NCBI GenBank assembly: GCA_944372665.1
Contig: CALVZV010000001.1
Location: 4,714-68,713, forward strand
Origin: an uncultured Clostridia bacterium
GTDB lineage: Bacteria > Bacillota > Clostridia > Christensenellales > DTU072
Length of the DNA stretch: 64,000 bases
Direction: 5' to 3'
Of the stretch, positions 37,160 through 48,838 are shown piece after piece; position 1 is the first letter of the stretch; the number at the start of each line of letters is the position of its first letter. The notes under the pieces are model-generated. The model was not told where the DNA came from and did no database searches. It saw only the letters and a list, made by a program, of their open reading frames with translations. The position numbers and the translations under genes are program-made.

Positions 37160-38464
37160 GTGAAGGCTTGCGTCATAGGAGGCGGACTGGCAGGCAGCGA
37201 GGCGGCGTATCAGCTGGCAAAGCGCGGCGTGTCCGTCACTCTTTACGAGATGCGTCCCGTCGTCGCTACTCCGGTACACCGCGGCGGAGGCCTGGCGGAA
37301 CTGGTATGCTCCAATTCGCTTAAAAGCGTGGATGTTAACACCGCGCAGGGAACTTTGAAAGAAGAAATGCGGCTGTTGGATTCGCTGACGCTACGTGCGG
37401 CATATATAGCCAGGGTGCCTGCGGGCAACGCCCTCGCCGTGGATCGCGAACGCTTTTCGGCAGAGATCGAAAAAGCGCTGGATGCCACCGGAATGGTTAC
37501 CGTAGTGCGCGAAGAAGTTACCCGGATACCGGATGACGCGATCGTGGCTACCGGACCGCTGACCTCGGAAAAGCTGGCGGTGGAGATAGAAAAGGTGTGC
37601 GGCGGACAAAGGCTTTACTTTTACGACGCCGCGGCGCCGATAGTGACGGGAGCATCGATCGACCGCGGCAAAGTCTTTTTCGCGGCGCGTTACGGCAAAG
37701 GCGACGCCGACTATCTGAACTGCCCGATGACCAAAGAGGAATATCTCGCGTTCAGAGAGGCGCTGGTAGCGGCAAGACGGGTGATACTTAAAGATTTCGA
37801 AAAAGGCGAACTTTTCGAAAACTGCATGCCCGTCGAGGAAATGGCGCGGCGCGGCGCGGACGCGCTCCGCTTCGGTCCGCTGCGTCCCGTCGGGATACGC
37901 GGAGCCGACGGCGAAAAGTACCACGCCGTGGTTCAGCTAAGGAAAGAGGACGACTACGACGGGCTGTACAATCTGGTTGGATTCCAGACCAATCTGGTTT
38001 TTCCGGAACAGGAAAGAGTATTCAGGATGATCCCCGGTCTGGAGAACGCGGAGTTTGTCAGGTACGGCGTCATGCACCGCAATACGTTCCTGCATTCGCC
38101 GGGATTTCTGAACGCCGATTTTTCCGTCAGGGGAAGGGAACGCCTTTTCTTTGCGGGACAGATAACCGGCGTCGAAGGGTATCTGGAGAGCGCGGCTTCG
38201 GGGTTGATAGCGGGCATAAACCTTTACGAAAGGCTTACGGGCGGCAGCACGCACGTTCTGCCCGAAACGACGATGTGCGGCAGTCTGCAAAAATACGTGT
38301 CGGAGTACCGCGGCGATTTTCAGCCGATGCACGTTTCGTTCGCGCTCACTCCGCCGCAGGAAAACAGGATAAAGGACAAGGCGCTCAGAAAAAAGGCTTA
38401 TTCGGAACGCGCCCTGAGCGACTTGACTAAATACATAGAAAACATAAAAGGAGTCAGTATATGA
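37160..38464 (+). CDS. trmFO: Methylenetetrahydrofolate--tRNA-(uracil54-C5)-methyltransferase TrmFO (Gid)
   Basis: 434 aa with a GTG start. [32 protein letters not shown] motif. Lies downstream of topA, as in Bacillus. Confidence 0.92.
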   Translation: MKACVIGGGLAGSEAAYQLAKRGVSVTLYEMRPVVATPVHRGGGLAELVCSNSLKSVDVNTAQGTLKEEMRLLDSLTLRAAYIARVPAGNALAVDRERFSAEIEKALDATGMVTVVREEVTRIPDDAIVATGPLTSEKLAVEIEKVCGGQRLYFYDAAAPIVTGASIDRGKVFFAARYGKGDADYLNCPMTKEEYLAFREALVAARRVILKDFEKGELFENCMPVEEMARRGADALRFGPLRPVGIRGADGEKYHAVVQLRKEDDYDGLYNLVGFQTNLVFPEQERVFRMIPGLENAEFVRYGVMHRNTFLHSPGFLNADFSVRGRERLFFAGQITGVEGYLESAASGLIAGINLYERLTGGSTHVLPETTMCGSLQKYVSEYRGDFQPMHVSFALTPPQENRIKDKALRKKAYSERALSDLTKYIENIKGVSI

Positions 38465-38997
38465 CCGTATTACTTAAAGGAACGACAATCTGTGCCGTCA
38501 AAAAGGACGGCGTGACCGCGGTAGGCGGCGACGGACAGGTAACTTTGGGCGAAAGCGTGATCTTCAAAGGCAACGCCGTCAAAGTTAAAAGGATATACGA
38601 CGGTAAAGTCGTTGTCGGATTTGCCGGTTCGGTTTCGGACGCTTTCGCGCTCAGCGAAAAATTCGAGGAGATGCTGCAGAAATTCAGCGGCAATCTGACA
38701 AGGGCCGCTGTGGAACTGGCGGAGCTGTGGAGACAGGACAAAGCCAGACGCCTGGAAGCCATGCTGATAACGGCGGACAAGGACAATCTGCTGATAGTTT
38801 CCGGCACCGGCGACGTCATAGAGCCCGAAAGCGGCGTATGCGCCATAGGTTCGGGCGGCAACTACGCGCTCAGCGCGGCGCGCGCTTTGCTGGAGAACAC
38901 CGATCTTTCCGCAGAGGAGATCGTCAGAAAGTCGATGAAGATAGCCGCGGATCTGTGCGTGTTCACAAACCACAATCTGACCGTGGAGACGGTATAA
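38461..38997 (+). CDS. hslV: ATP-dependent protease subunit HslV (ClpQ)
   Basis: 178 aa. [11 protein letters not shown] has the N-terminal Thr-type active site. ATGA overlap with trmFO. Confidence 0.93.
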   Translation: MTVLLKGTTICAVKKDGVTAVGGDGQVTLGESVIFKGNAVKVKRIYDGKVVVGFAGSVSDAFALSEKFEEMLQKFSGNLTRAAVELAELWRQDKARRLEAMLITADKDNLLIVSGTGDVIEPESGVCAIGSGGNYALSAARALLENTDLSAEEIVRKSMKIAADLCVFTNHNLTVETV

Positions 38998-39007
38998 GGA
39001 GGCAAAT

Positions 39008-40318
39008 ATGGAATACACTCCCAAACAAATCGTAAACGAACTGGACAGATATATCATAGGGCAGACCGAAGCCAAAAGGGCGGTTGCCGTGGCGCTCAGG
39101 AACCGCTACCGCCGTTCGCAGCTTCCCGCCGAGGTCAGGGAGGAAATAACCCCCAAAAATATTATAATGAAAGGACCGACCGGCGTGGGTAAGACCGAGA
39201 TTGCCAGAAGACTCGCCAAACTCGTCAAAGCGCCTTTCGTAAAGGTGGAAGCAACTAAGTTCACCGAAGTCGGCTATGTCGGCAGGGACGTCGAAAGCAT
39301 GATACGCGACCTCGTGGAATGCGCGATAAGGCTTGTCAGGGAAGAAAAGATCGCCGAGGTCGAACCCAAAGCCAAAGAAGCGGCGGAGAAAAAACTCGTC
39401 GAAGGGCTGCTGCCTGGCAGGAGAAAGAATCATCCCGAAAAGCAGGACGCAGAGCTCAGGCGCGAGCTTATGGAGGAGCTGAAGTCCGGCAAACTCGACA
39501 ACATCATGGTCGAGATGGAATTCCAGTCGCAGCCGCAGACGCTGCAACTGGGGCCTTTGGGCGGCAACGAAACCAATCTGGGCGAGATAATGTCCAGATT
39601 CATGCCCAAACAGAACAAAAAGCGCAAGGTTTCGGTAAAAGAAGCGTACAAATTCCTGACGCGCGAGGAAGCCGGCAAACTGATAGACGACGATTCCATA
39701 AACACCGAGGCGATAAAGCGCGCCGAACAGGACGGCATAATCTTTATCGATGAAATGGATAAAATCGCGGGCAAAGCCAACTCCCACGGTCCCGACGTGT
39801 CCAGAGAGGGCGTTCAGCGCGACATTCTGCCTATAGTCGAGGGCTGCACCGTCAACACCAAGTACGGCAACATCCGCACCGACTTCATACTCTTTATCGC
39901 GGCGGGCGCCTTCCATATCGCTAAGGTCAACGACCTTATCCCCGAGCTTCAGGGCAGATTCCCCGTGATAGTCGAGCTTCAGAGCCTGACGGAGAGCGAT
40001 TTCGCCAAGATCCTGAAAGAGCCGGACAACGCGATTATCATGCAGTACGCCGCGCTCCTGGGCGTGGACAACATAAAGCTCAGATTCACCGACGACGCGA
40101 TAAACGAACTGGCGCGGATAGCGTTTCTGGAGAACGAAAGCAACGAAAACATCGGCGCAAGACGTCTGCATACGGTCATGGAAATGCTTTTGGAGGACGT
40201 CAGCTTCTCCGCTTCGGGCGGCCACGAGGACGTGGAACTCGTCATCGATAAAAAGTACGTCGCCGAACACATGGAAAAAGCCACCAAGAATCTCAACCTC
40301 AGGAAATATATACTGTAA
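39008..40318 (+). CDS. hslU: ATP-dependent protease ATPase subunit HslU (ClpY)
   Basis: 436 aa. [31 protein letters not shown] Walker [11 protein letters not shown] Walker B. Confidence 0.94.
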   Translation: MEYTPKQIVNELDRYIIGQTEAKRAVAVALRNRYRRSQLPAEVREEITPKNIIMKGPTGVGKTEIARRLAKLVKAPFVKVEATKFTEVGYVGRDVESMIRDLVECAIRLVREEKIAEVEPKAKEAAEKKLVEGLLPGRRKNHPEKQDAELRRELMEELKSGKLDNIMVEMEFQSQPQTLQLGPLGGNETNLGEIMSRFMPKQNKKRKVSVKEAYKFLTREEAGKLIDDDSINTEAIKRAEQDGIIFIDEMDKIAGKANSHGPDVSREGVQRDILPIVEGCTVNTKYGNIRTDFILFIAAGAFHIAKVNDLIPELQGRFPVIVELQSLTESDFAKILKEPDNAIIMQYAALLGVDNIKLRFTDDAINELARIAFLENESNENIGARRLHTVMEMLLEDVSFSASGGHEDVELVIDKKYVAEHMEKATKNLNLRKYIL

Positions 40319-40320
40319 TT

Positions 40321-41568
40321 ATGATCAACATACCCAAAGGAACAAAGGACGTCGTACCGGAGTCCGCATATAAATGGCACTATCTGGAAGACGTCGTCAG
40401 ACAAACCGCCGCCGAATTCGGCTTCAGGGAAATACGCACTCCGACTTTCGAGCATACGGAGCTGTTTTTGCGCGGCGTGGGCGAGACCACCGACATAGTG
40501 AACAAGGAAATGTACACCTTTTCGGACAAAGGCGACAGAAGCATTACCTTAAAACCCGAAGGCACTGCGGGCGTGGCGAGAGCCTATATCGAAAACTGCC
40601 TGGGCGACATGCCCCAGCCGGTTAAAATGTTCTATATCACCCCGGTATTCCGCTACGAACGTCCGCAGGCGGGCAGGCTCAGAGAACATCACCAGTTCGG
40701 AGTCGAGCTGTACGGCAGCGATTCGCCTTACGCCGACGCCGAGGTCATGCTGGTGGCGAAAAGGCTTTTCGAAAAACTGGGACTGACGGAGCCGGTACTG
40801 AACATAAACAGCATAGGCTGCCCCGAATGCAGGAAGAAATACAACGCCGCGCTGAAAGAATATCTCGGCGGCAATATCGACGGGATGTGCGCTTCCTGCC
40901 GCGAAAGGTTCGACAAGAATCCGCTCAGGATACTCGACTGCAAGGAACCGGGCTGCAAGGCTATAACCGCTTCCGCGCCCAAAACGCTCGAATATCTTTG
41001 CGACGATTGCAAGGCGCATTTCGAAAAGCTGCAAAGCATCCTCTCGTCAGCGGGCGTTCCGTTCAAGGTAAATCCGTCCATAGTGCGAGGACTCGATTAT
41101 TATACCGGCACGGTTTTCGAATTCATCTCCTCCGCCATCGGCGCGCAGGGCACGGTATGCGGCGGAGGCAGATACAACAACCTCGTTGCCGAGGTGGGCG
41201 GCAAGCCCACGCCGGCAGTCGGATTCGGAATGGGACTCGAAAGACTTATAATGATTTTAGAGAACCTGGATCTGTATCTCGGGGAGCCCGAAATACCGAC
41301 TATTTATATCGCGCCGACCTCGGAAGCGGAGGCGGAAGATGCGTTTAAAACTGTCGGCGAATTAAGGAAACGGGGCGTGTCCGCGGAATGCGACGTTATG
41401 GGCAGGAGCCTTAAGGCGCAAATGAAATACGCGGGGAAACGCGGCTACAGGTTCGTTGCCGTCATGGGCGCGGACGAAATAAACAGCGGAAAAATAAAGA
41501 TTAAACGCATGTCGGACGGTACCGAGACCGAATGCGCGATATCCGATATGGCGGAGGTGCTAAAATGA
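40321..41568 (+). CDS. hisS: Histidine--tRNA ligase
   Basis: 415 aa. PKGTKDVVPE, class II motifs, GGGRYNNL. Confidence 0.94.
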   Translation: MINIPKGTKDVVPESAYKWHYLEDVVRQTAAEFGFREIRTPTFEHTELFLRGVGETTDIVNKEMYTFSDKGDRSITLKPEGTAGVARAYIENCLGDMPQPVKMFYITPVFRYERPQAGRLREHHQFGVELYGSDSPYADAEVMLVAKRLFEKLGLTEPVLNINSIGCPECRKKYNAALKEYLGGNIDGMCASCRERFDKNPLRILDCKEPGCKAITASAPKTLEYLCDDCKAHFEKLQSILSSAGVPFKVNPSIVRGLDYYTGTVFEFISSAIGAQGTVCGGGRYNNLVAEVGGKPTPAVGFGMGLERLIMILENLDLYLGEPEIPTIYIAPTSEAEAEDAFKTVGELRKRGVSAECDVMGRSLKAQMKYAGKRGYRFVAVMGADEINSGKIKIKRMSDGTETECAISDMAEVLK

Positions 41569-43334
41569 ATCTATCGAATTTCAAAAGGACAAAGATGTGC
41601 GGAGAATTTACCGCCGCGGACGTCGGCAAGCGCGCCGTTGTGACGGGCTTCGTAGCCAAGTACAGAAACCTGGGCAGTATCCTTTTCATGGATCTAAGAG
41701 ACAGGACGGGGATACTTCAGCTGAATTTCGACTCCGGGCGCGACGTAGCGCTGTTCGAAAGCGCGTCTACGGTCAGAAACGAATACGTTCTGAAAGTGAC
41801 GGGAGTGATACGCCGTCGCGGCGAAAAGAACGTAAACCCCAATATGGCGACAGGCGAGATCGAACTCGAAGCCGACGCCATAGACATTCTTTCCGAAGCG
41901 GAAACTCCTCCGTTCATGATCTCGGATATGCAAAACGTGGGCGAGAATCTGAGGCTGAAATACAGGTATCTCGATCTCAGACGTCCGTCGCTTCAGAAAA
42001 TCCTGATGACTCGCGCGGCTATAGTGGGCGCCACCTACGACTATATGACCAAGCACGGCTTTTTGAACATCGAAACTCCGTTTCTGGGCAAATCCACGCC
42101 GGAGGGCGCTAGGGATTATCTCGTCCCCAGCCGCGTGCATCCCGGCGAATTCTACGCTTTGCCGCAGTCGCCGCAGCTTTATAAGCAGCTTCTGATGATA
42201 TCGGGCTTCGACAGATATTTCCAGGTGGTCAAGTGCTTCCGCGACGAGGATCTGCGCGCTAACCGCCAGCCCGAATTCACCCAGATAGACATCGAAATGA
42301 GCTACGCCGAAAAGCCCGAGGACGTCATGAAAGAGGCGGAAGGGCTTATCCGCGAAATATTCAAACGCACCGTGGGACTCAAACTTCCGCGCACGTTCAG
42401 AAAACTGAAATGGTCGGAGGCAATGTCCAGGTTCGGTTCCGACAAGCCGGACACGCGTTTCGGGCTGGAGCTTAAAGACGTCACCAAAGTCGTTAAAGGT
42501 TCGGCTTTCGCGGTATTCGAACAGGCGACCAAACGCGGCTGTAGCGTCAGGGGCATCAACGCCAAAGGTCTGGCGTCCATGACCAGAAAGGAAATAGACG
42601 CTTTCCAGGAGGTGGTCAGAGAATACGGCGCCAAAGGCATGGCGTACATTCAGTGGAAAGAGGAGGGCATCACCTGTTCCTTCAGAAAATTCTTCGACGA
42701 CAGCCGTTTCGAAGCGCTGCTTTCCGCAATTGGAGCGGAAAAGGGCGACATAATGTTCTTTGTCGCGGACAAGGACAAGACGGTGTTCGCCGCGCTGGGC
42801 GCGTTAAGACTTGCCGTAGCCAAAAAATTCGGGCTTATCGACGAATCGCAATTCGATATTCTGTGGGTAACTCAATTCCCGCTGTACGAGTACGACGAGG
42901 AGGAGAAGCGCCTCAACGCCATGCACCACCCGTTCACCGCGCCCGTGCCCGAAGACCTCAAATATCTCGATAAAAACCCGCTTAAGGTCAGGGCAATGGC
43001 TTACGACCTCGTTATAAACGGTCAGGAAGCCGGCGGCGGCTCTATCCGTATCCATACGCCCGCGCTTCAGAAAAAGATGTTCGAGAAGATCTCGCTGACC
43101 GAGCAGGATATCAACGAGCGCTTCGGTTTCTTCGTGGAAGCCTTCCGTTACGGAGTGCCTCCGCACGGCGGCTTAGCGTTCGGACTCGACAGGCTGGTCA
43201 TGCTTTTGACGGGCACCGACAACATCAAGGACGTCATCGCGTTCCCCAAAAACCAGTCGGCGGTCGGACTTATGGAGAACTGTCCCTCCGAAGTCGAGAA
43301 AAAACAGCTTGACGAGCTGGGACTGAAGCTGTAA
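41565..43334 (+). CDS. aspS: Aspartate--tRNA ligase
   Basis: Start moved from 41532 to the ATG at 41565 (MNLSNFKRTKMCGEF...) after a GGAGGTG SD; ATGA overlap with hisS. FRDEDLRANRQPEFTQID and GGGSIRIH class II motifs. Confidence 0.94.
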   Translation: MNLSNFKRTKMCGEFTAADVGKRAVVTGFVAKYRNLGSILFMDLRDRTGILQLNFDSGRDVALFESASTVRNEYVLKVTGVIRRRGEKNVNPNMATGEIELEADAIDILSEAETPPFMISDMQNVGENLRLKYRYLDLRRPSLQKILMTRAAIVGATYDYMTKHGFLNIETPFLGKSTPEGARDYLVPSRVHPGEFYALPQSPQLYKQLLMISGFDRYFQVVKCFRDEDLRANRQPEFTQIDIEMSYAEKPEDVMKEAEGLIREIFKRTVGLKLPRTFRKLKWSEAMSRFGSDKPDTRFGLELKDVTKVVKGSAFAVFEQATKRGCSVRGINAKGLASMTRKEIDAFQEVVREYGAKGMAYIQWKEEGITCSFRKFFDDSRFEALLSAIGAEKGDIMFFVADKDKTVFAALGALRLAVAKKFGLIDESQFDILWVTQFPLYEYDEEEKRLNAMHHPFTAPVPEDLKYLDKNPLKVRAMAYDLVINGQEAGGGSIRIHTPALQKKMFEKISLTEQDINERFGFFVEAFRYGVPPHGGLAFGLDRLVMLLTGTDNIKDVIAFPKNQSAVGLMENCPSEVEKKQLDELGLKL

Positions 43335-43335
43335 A

Positions 43336-43821
43336 ATGCGCGAAACGGGAACGGTACATAAAGTGCGCGGCAGTTTCGCCACGGTCAGATTCGACAGAAA
43401 AGCCGCCTGCGAAAACTGCAATATGTGCCTGAAACCGCGCGAGGCGAACTACGTAGAACTGAAACTCAAAAACGATCTTCACGCCGTCGAGGGCGACCGC
43501 GTGGAGGTGGCTATGGGCGACAGGGCGGTGCTCACCGCCGCCGCCATAGTGTACGCCGTTCCGCTGACGGTAATGGGTGTTGCTTTGGCGCTGACCTACA
43601 GGCTGGGTATAGGGATATGTCTGGGCGCTTCGTTCGGAGCGCTGGCGCTGGCGTTCGTCGCGGTGGCGGTTATAGACAGACTCGTGGTCAGAAAACGCCC
43701 CGACTATATGCCGAAAATGGTAAGGATCGTCGCTCCCGGGAGAAGCGCTTCGGAGCCCGGGCAGACAGAAGGAGACCAAAAGGACGAAATATCCGAAACA
43801 ACCCCCGATTCGCTTGATTAA
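43336..43821 (+). CDS. RseC/MucC-family (SoxR-reducing-system-type) membrane protein
   Basis: 161 aa. GTVHKVRGSFATVRFDRKAACENCNMC N-domain, followed by two TM helices (AAAIVYAVPLTVMGVALAL...). Confidence 0.7.
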   Translation: MRETGTVHKVRGSFATVRFDRKAACENCNMCLKPREANYVELKLKNDLHAVEGDRVEVAMGDRAVLTAAAIVYAVPLTVMGVALALTYRLGIGICLGASFGALALAFVAVAVIDRLVVRKRPDYMPKMVRIVAPGRSASEPGQTEGDQKDEISETTPDSLD

Positions 43822-43842
43822 GCGCGCGCGGGAAAATATAAT
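43814..43842 (+). promoter_or_regulatory. Sigma-A-type promoter of trxA (overlaps the end of the rseC-like gene)
   Basis: TTGATT (43814-43819), 17 nt, TATAAT (43837-43842). Confidence 0.5.
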
Positions 43843-43872
43843 ATAAGCGAAAACAATAAGGAGGCTTTCACT

Positions 43873-44187
43873 ATGACTATCATACACAGTGCAGAGGAAT
43901 TCGACAAAGCGCTTCTCGCCAACAAAGTCGTACTCGCCGATTTCTGGGCGACCTGGTGCGGACCGTGCAGAATGCTGATGCCCACCATAGAAGAAATAGC
44001 CGCAGCGGCGGGCGACAAATTCGCCGTGATAAAAGTGGACGTCGACGAGAACGAGGAGCTTGCCGGTCGCTTCAAAATAATGACTATTCCCACGCTGATA
44101 GTTTTCAAAAACGGCGTTGCCGAGGAAAAGAGCGTCGGAGTAAAAACCAAAACGCAAATACTTTCGATGATAGAAAAATATCTGTAA
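43873..44187 (+). CDS. trxA: Thioredoxin
   Basis: 104 aa with the WATWCGPCRM active site. AAGGAGG SD. Confidence 0.94.
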   Translation: MTIIHSAEEFDKALLANKVVLADFWATWCGPCRMLMPTIEEIAAAAGDKFAVIKVDVDENEELAGRFKIMTIPTLIVFKNGVAEEKSVGVKTKTQILSMIEKYL

Positions 44188-44199
44188 ACGAGGAGAAAT

Positions 44200-45453
44200 A
44201 TGATAGATCTACGTCCCGTAAAACAAGAAGATCCCGAGCTGTACGCTTCTTTGGTCAGAGAGCTTAACCGTCAGCAGAACAACGTCGAGCTTATTGCTTC
44301 GGAAAACTTTGTTTCGATGCCCGTGCTTACCGTTGCGGGTACCCATTTAACCAATAAATACGCCGAAGGATATCCCGGCAAACGCTATTACGGCGGCTGC
44401 AAATTCGTAGACGAAGTCGAAGAACTGGCACGCGAAAGAGCCAAAAAACTGTTCGGCTGCAAGTACGTCAACGTACAGCCCCACAGCGGCTCCAGCGCCA
44501 ATTTCCAGGTGTATTTTTCGCTTTTGAACAACGGCGACACCGTGCTGGGAATGAATCTCGGACACGGCGGACACTTAACGCACGGCAGCCCGGTGAACGT
44601 ATCCGGTAAAAACTACCGTTTCGTTGCGTACGGCGTCGACGAGTCGGGATATATCGACTATGACGAAGTAGAACGCACGGCAAAGGAATCGGGTGCGAAA
44701 CTCATAGTCGCGGGCGCTTCGGCTTATCCCAGAGCCATCGATTTCAAGCGTTTCCGCGAGATAGCCGACAGAACTGGCGCGCTGCTTATGGTGGACATGG
44801 CGCACATCGCAGGACTTATCGCCGCGGGACTTCATCAGAATCCCGTGCCTTACGCCGACGTGGTGACCACCACCACGCACAAGACGCTGCGCGGACCCAG
44901 AGGCGGTATGATAATGACCGATTCCGAGGAGATCGCCAAGAAAATAGACAAGGCTGTATTCCCCGGAACGCAGGGCGGACCGCTTATGCACATCATCGCC
45001 GCAAAGGCGCTGGCGTTCAAGGAAGCGCTTTCGGACGAATTCAAGGATTATCAGCTAAGAATCGTCAAAAACGCCAAGGCTCTTGCAGGCACGCTGACCG
45101 GCAGGGGTATCAAGCTGTTCTCGGGCGGTACGGACACGCACCTGATGCTTTTGGACCTCAGAGGCACCGGCGTCAGCGGCAAGGAGCTGGAAACGCTCCT
45201 GGACGAAGCCAACATTACGGCTAACAAGAACTCCATTCCCAACGACACCGCTTCTCCGTTCAACCCCAACGGTCTGAGAATAGGCACCCCCGCGGTCACG
45301 ACCAGGGGTATGGACGAGGACGCAATGCGCGTTATAGGCGAGTGCATAGCGGACATCATCCGCGACAAGGATGCCGCGGTGGCTTCAGCCGCCGGGAGGA
45401 TCGCCGCGCTGACCGCTAAATTCCCGCTGTACAAGGACGATTTCATTTTATAA
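44200..45453 (+). CDS. glyA: Serine hydroxymethyltransferase
   Basis: 417 aa. LIASENF, the [17 protein letters not shown]-lysine motif. Confidence 0.96.
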   Translation: MIDLRPVKQEDPELYASLVRELNRQQNNVELIASENFVSMPVLTVAGTHLTNKYAEGYPGKRYYGGCKFVDEVEELARERAKKLFGCKYVNVQPHSGSSANFQVYFSLLNNGDTVLGMNLGHGGHLTHGSPVNVSGKNYRFVAYGVDESGYIDYDEVERTAKESGAKLIVAGASAYPRAIDFKRFREIADRTGALLMVDMAHIAGLIAAGLHQNPVPYADVVTTTTHKTLRGPRGGMIMTDSEEIAKKIDKAVFPGTQGGPLMHIIAAKALAFKEALSDEFKDYQLRIVKNAKALAGTLTGRGIKLFSGGTDTHLMLLDLRGTGVSGKELETLLDEANITANKNSIPNDTASPFNPNGLRIGTPAVTTRGMDEDAMRVIGECIADIIRDKDAAVASAAGRIAALTAKFPLYKDDFIL

Positions 45454-45468
45454 GGAGCGCAATAAAAC

Positions 45469-46653
45469 ATGCGTATATATCTGGACAATTCGGCGACGAC
45501 TCGGCTTGACGACGACGCTTTGGCGGAAATGATGCCGTATTTCACGGAGAAATTCGGCAATCCTTCTTCGCTCCACGCTTACGGCAGGGAAGCGTTGAAG
45601 GCGGTTGACGAGGCGAGAGCGGAAATAGCTTCTTTGATAGGAGCCAAAGCGAGCGAAATATATTTCACGTCGGGCGGTTCGGAATCGGATAACTGGGCGC
45701 TTAAGGGCGCGATATACGCCTCTAAAGCCAAACATAAGCACATAGTTACCACGGCGATAGAACATCCCGCGATAATCGAAACGTGCGAATACCTCGAAAA
45801 AAAGGACGGCGTTTCGGTCAGCTACGTTCCCGTAGGCAAGGACGGCAGGGTAACTCCCGAAGCCGTAATTAAGGCGGTGACGCCCGACACTACGATCGTT
45901 TCGGTGATGTTCGCCAATAACGAGATGGGCGCGATACAGCCGATAAAGGAAATAGGCGCGTTCTGCCGCGAAGAAGGTATTTTATTCCATACCGACGCCG
46001 TTCAGGCTATGGATTCACAGGCTGTGGACGTCAACGAACTTAACGTGGATATGCTGAGTATGTCCGCGCATAAATTCCACGGACCCAAAGGCATAGGCGT
46101 GCTGTATATCCGTTCCGGCGTCAGAATAGACAGGCTGATAGCCGGCGGGCACCAGGAACGCAGGGGCAGAGCCGGCACTACCGACACTCCGCTGATCGTC
46201 GGTATGGCGGCGGCGCTCAGAAAAGCCGTCGCGCACCGCGACGAGGTGAACGCCAGGGTGGCAAAGCTCCGCGACGGTTTCGTCGCCAGGGTGTTAAAGG
46301 AGATACCTTACGTTTATCTTAACGGCGGCATGGAGCACAGACTGCCTAACAACGCCAATTTCAGCTTCGGCTTCATCGAGGGCGAAAGCATACTCATAAA
46401 CCTCGATCTGAACGGCATAGCGGTCAGCTCCGGATCGGCGTGTTCGTCGGGTTCGCTGGAGCCGTCGCACGTAATACTCGCTCTCGGCGTGCCCGAAGAA
46501 CTGGCGCACAGCTCTATCCGTTTCAGCCTGGGGCGCGACACCACCGAGGAAGAAATGGAATATACGTTTAAAGTCTTAAAAGAAAGCGTTGAAAAGCTTA
46601 GGAGCATTTCTCCGCTGTTCAACATGGAAAAAGGAACCGGTTCGTATGTATAA
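45469..46653 (+). CDS. nifS: Cysteine desulfurase (NifS/IscS type)
   Basis: 394 aa. IYLDNSATT, SAHKFHGPKG PLP lysine, SSGSACSS catalytic Cys loop. Confidence 0.92.
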   Translation: MRIYLDNSATTRLDDDALAEMMPYFTEKFGNPSSLHAYGREALKAVDEARAEIASLIGAKASEIYFTSGGSESDNWALKGAIYASKAKHKHIVTTAIEHPAIIETCEYLEKKDGVSVSYVPVGKDGRVTPEAVIKAVTPDTTIVSVMFANNEMGAIQPIKEIGAFCREEGILFHTDAVQAMDSQAVDVNELNVDMLSMSAHKFHGPKGIGVLYIRSGVRIDRLIAGGHQERRGRAGTTDTPLIVGMAAALRKAVAHRDEVNARVAKLRDGFVARVLKEIPYVYLNGGMEHRLPNNANFSFGFIEGESILINLDLNGIAVSSGSACSSGSLEPSHVILALGVPEELAHSSIRFSLGRDTTEEEMEYTFKVLKESVEKLRSISPLFNMEKGTGSYV

Positions 46654-47017
46654 CGACAAAGTATTGCAGGTTTTTCAAAACCCGAAAAACGCAGGCGAAA
46701 TCGAGGACGCAAACGGCGTCGGAACGATAGGGAACGCCTCCTGCGGCGACATAATGAAGATATACCTGAAAATCGTGGACGACGTCATCGTCGACGCGAA
46801 GTTCAAGACTTTCGGCTGCGCTGCGGCGATAGCGACCGCTTCGGTCGCCACCGATATGGTCATAGGAAAAAGCGTGGAGGACGCGCTGAAGATAAAAAAC
46901 GCCGACGTCGTGGCGTTCCTGGGCGGTCTGCCTCCGCAGAAGATACACTGTTCGGTGCTGGCGGAGGAAGCCATTCACGCCGCAGTGGAAGACTACCGCA
47001 GCCGCGCCTCCAAATAA
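46646..47017 (+). CDS. nifU: Fe-S cluster assembly scaffold NifU/IscU
   Basis: Start moved from 46589 to the ATG at 46646 (MYNDKVLQVFQNPKNAG...), overlapping the nifS stop. The three conserved Cys are present (NASCGD, TFGCAAAIA, KIHCSVLA). Confidence 0.9.
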   Translation: MYNDKVLQVFQNPKNAGEIEDANGVGTIGNASCGDIMKIYLKIVDDVIVDAKFKTFGCAAAIATASVATDMVIGKSVEDALKIKNADVVAFLGGLPPQKIHCSVLAEEAIHAAVEDYRSRASK

Positions 47018-47029
47018 TCGTACTCAGGG

Positions 47030-48838
47030 ATGAATTCGAGACAGTCCTCAATCAGAAACTTCTGTATAGTAGCGCACATCGACCACGGCAAGTCCACGCT
47101 TGCCGACAGGCTGATGGAATTTACCGAGCAGGTTTCCAAGCGCGACATGAAAGAACAGCTTCTGGATTCGATGGATATCGAGCGCGAAAGAGGCATCACG
47201 ATAAAACTCACGCCCGTCAGGATGTTTTACCATTATAAGGGCGAGGAATACACCTTGAACCTTATCGACACGCCCGGACACGTAGACTTTACCTACGAAG
47301 TATCCCGTTCGCTTGCCGCGTGCGAGGGTGCTATCCTCATAGTGGACGCCACTCAGGGGATAGAGGCGCAGACTTTGACCAACGCCTACCTTGCCATAGA
47401 CAACAACCTCGAGATAATCCCCGTAATAAACAAAATAGATCTGCCTTCCGCGGACCCTGACGCCTGTAAAAAGGAAATAGAGGAGATCATAGGTCTTCCT
47501 GCGGACGACGCGCCGCTTATCAGCGCCAAGGAAGGCATAAACATAGAAGCCGTTTTAAATGCGGTGATAGAAAAACTGCCCGCGCCTTCGGGGGACGAAT
47601 CCAAGCCGCTGCGCGCGCTTATTTTCGATTCTACTTACGACAACTACAAAGGCGCGATCTGTCTGGTCAGGATCGTGGACGGTTCCGTCAGACCGGGTAC
47701 GGGCATCACGATGATGAGTACCGGAAAAAGTTTCGAATGCACGGAAGTGGGTGTGTTCACGCCCGAAATGCGTCCCGTCGAGGAGCTTAAAGCGGGCGAC
47801 GTCGGATATATAGCCGCGTCCATCAAGAACGTCAAGGACACCGCCGTGGGCGATACCGTGACTGCGACCGCGACGCCGGCGCCCGAACCGCTGAAAGGCT
47901 ATAAAAAGATAAGCCCAATGGTGTTTGCGGGTATCTATCCCGCCGACGGCAGCAAATATAACGATCTGCGCGACGCGCTGGATAAATTAAGTCTTAACGA
48001 TGCCTCACTTGTTTACGAACCCGAGGCTTCGGGCGCGCTCGGCTTCGGATTCAGATGCGGATTCCTGGGCCTTTTGCATATGGAGATTATCGAGGAAAGG
48101 CTGGAACGCGAATTCGACCTCGACCTCGTCACCACGGCGCCCAGCGTCAGCTATATAGTCAACAAAACGAACGGCGAAAAGCTGGAGGTGGAAAACCCGT
48201 CGCACCTGCCGCCGCCCACGGAAATCGAATCCATAGAGGAACCTATCGTCAAAGCCGAGATCTACACTCCGCCGGAATACGTCGGCTCCATAATGGAGCT
48301 GTGCCAGGAAAAACGCGGCACTTTCGTCGATCTGACATACTTGGATCAGTCCAGAGTCAAGATATATTACACTATACCGCTTGCGGAGATCATATACGAC
48401 TTTTTCGACTCGCTGAAGTCGCGCACGCGCGGCTATGCCAGTCTGGAATACGAACCAGAAGGCTACCGTGCCGACAGCCTGGTAAAACTCGATTTTCTGC
48501 TTAACGGCGAAACCTGCGACGCGCTGTCGCTCATCGTTCATAAGGATAAAGCCTACGCGCGCGGCAGAAGTATATGCGAAAGGCTGAAAGACGTCATTCC
48601 GCGCCAGATGTTCGAGATCCCCGTCCAGGCGGCAATCGGTTCCAAGATAATAGCGCGCGAAACCGTAAAAGCGCTGAGAAAGGACGTGCTTGCCAAATGC
48701 TACGGCGGCGATATAACCAGAAAGAAAAAGCTTTTGGAAAAACAGAAAGAAGGCAAGAAACGTATGCGCCAGTTCGGCTCGGTCGCCATTCCCAGCGAAG
48801 CGTTCATGTCTATTCTGAAGTTCGATGACAAAGACTAG
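47030..48838 (+). CDS. lepA: Elongation factor 4 (LepA)
   Basis: 602 aa. [33 protein letters not shown], and a LepA-specific C-terminal domain. Confidence 0.96.
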   Translation: MNSRQSSIRNFCIVAHIDHGKSTLADRLMEFTEQVSKRDMKEQLLDSMDIERERGITIKLTPVRMFYHYKGEEYTLNLIDTPGHVDFTYEVSRSLAACEGAILIVDATQGIEAQTLTNAYLAIDNNLEIIPVINKIDLPSADPDACKKEIEEIIGLPADDAPLISAKEGINIEAVLNAVIEKLPAPSGDESKPLRALIFDSTYDNYKGAICLVRIVDGSVRPGTGITMMSTGKSFECTEVGVFTPEMRPVEELKAGDVGYIAASIKNVKDTAVGDTVTATATPAPEPLKGYKKISPMVFAGIYPADGSKYNDLRDALDKLSLNDASLVYEPEASGALGFGFRCGFLGLLHMEIIEERLEREFDLDLVTTAPSVSYIVNKTNGEKLEVENPSHLPPPTEIESIEEPIVKAEIYTPPEYVGSIMELCQEKRGTFVDLTYLDQSRVKIYYTIPLAEIIYDFFDSLKSRTRGYASLEYEPEGYRADSLVKLDFLLNGETCDALSLIVHKDKAYARGRSICERLKDVIPRQMFEIPVQAAIGSKIIARETVKALRKDVLAKCYGGDITRKKKLLEKQKEGKKRMRQFGSVAIPSEAFMSILKFDDKD

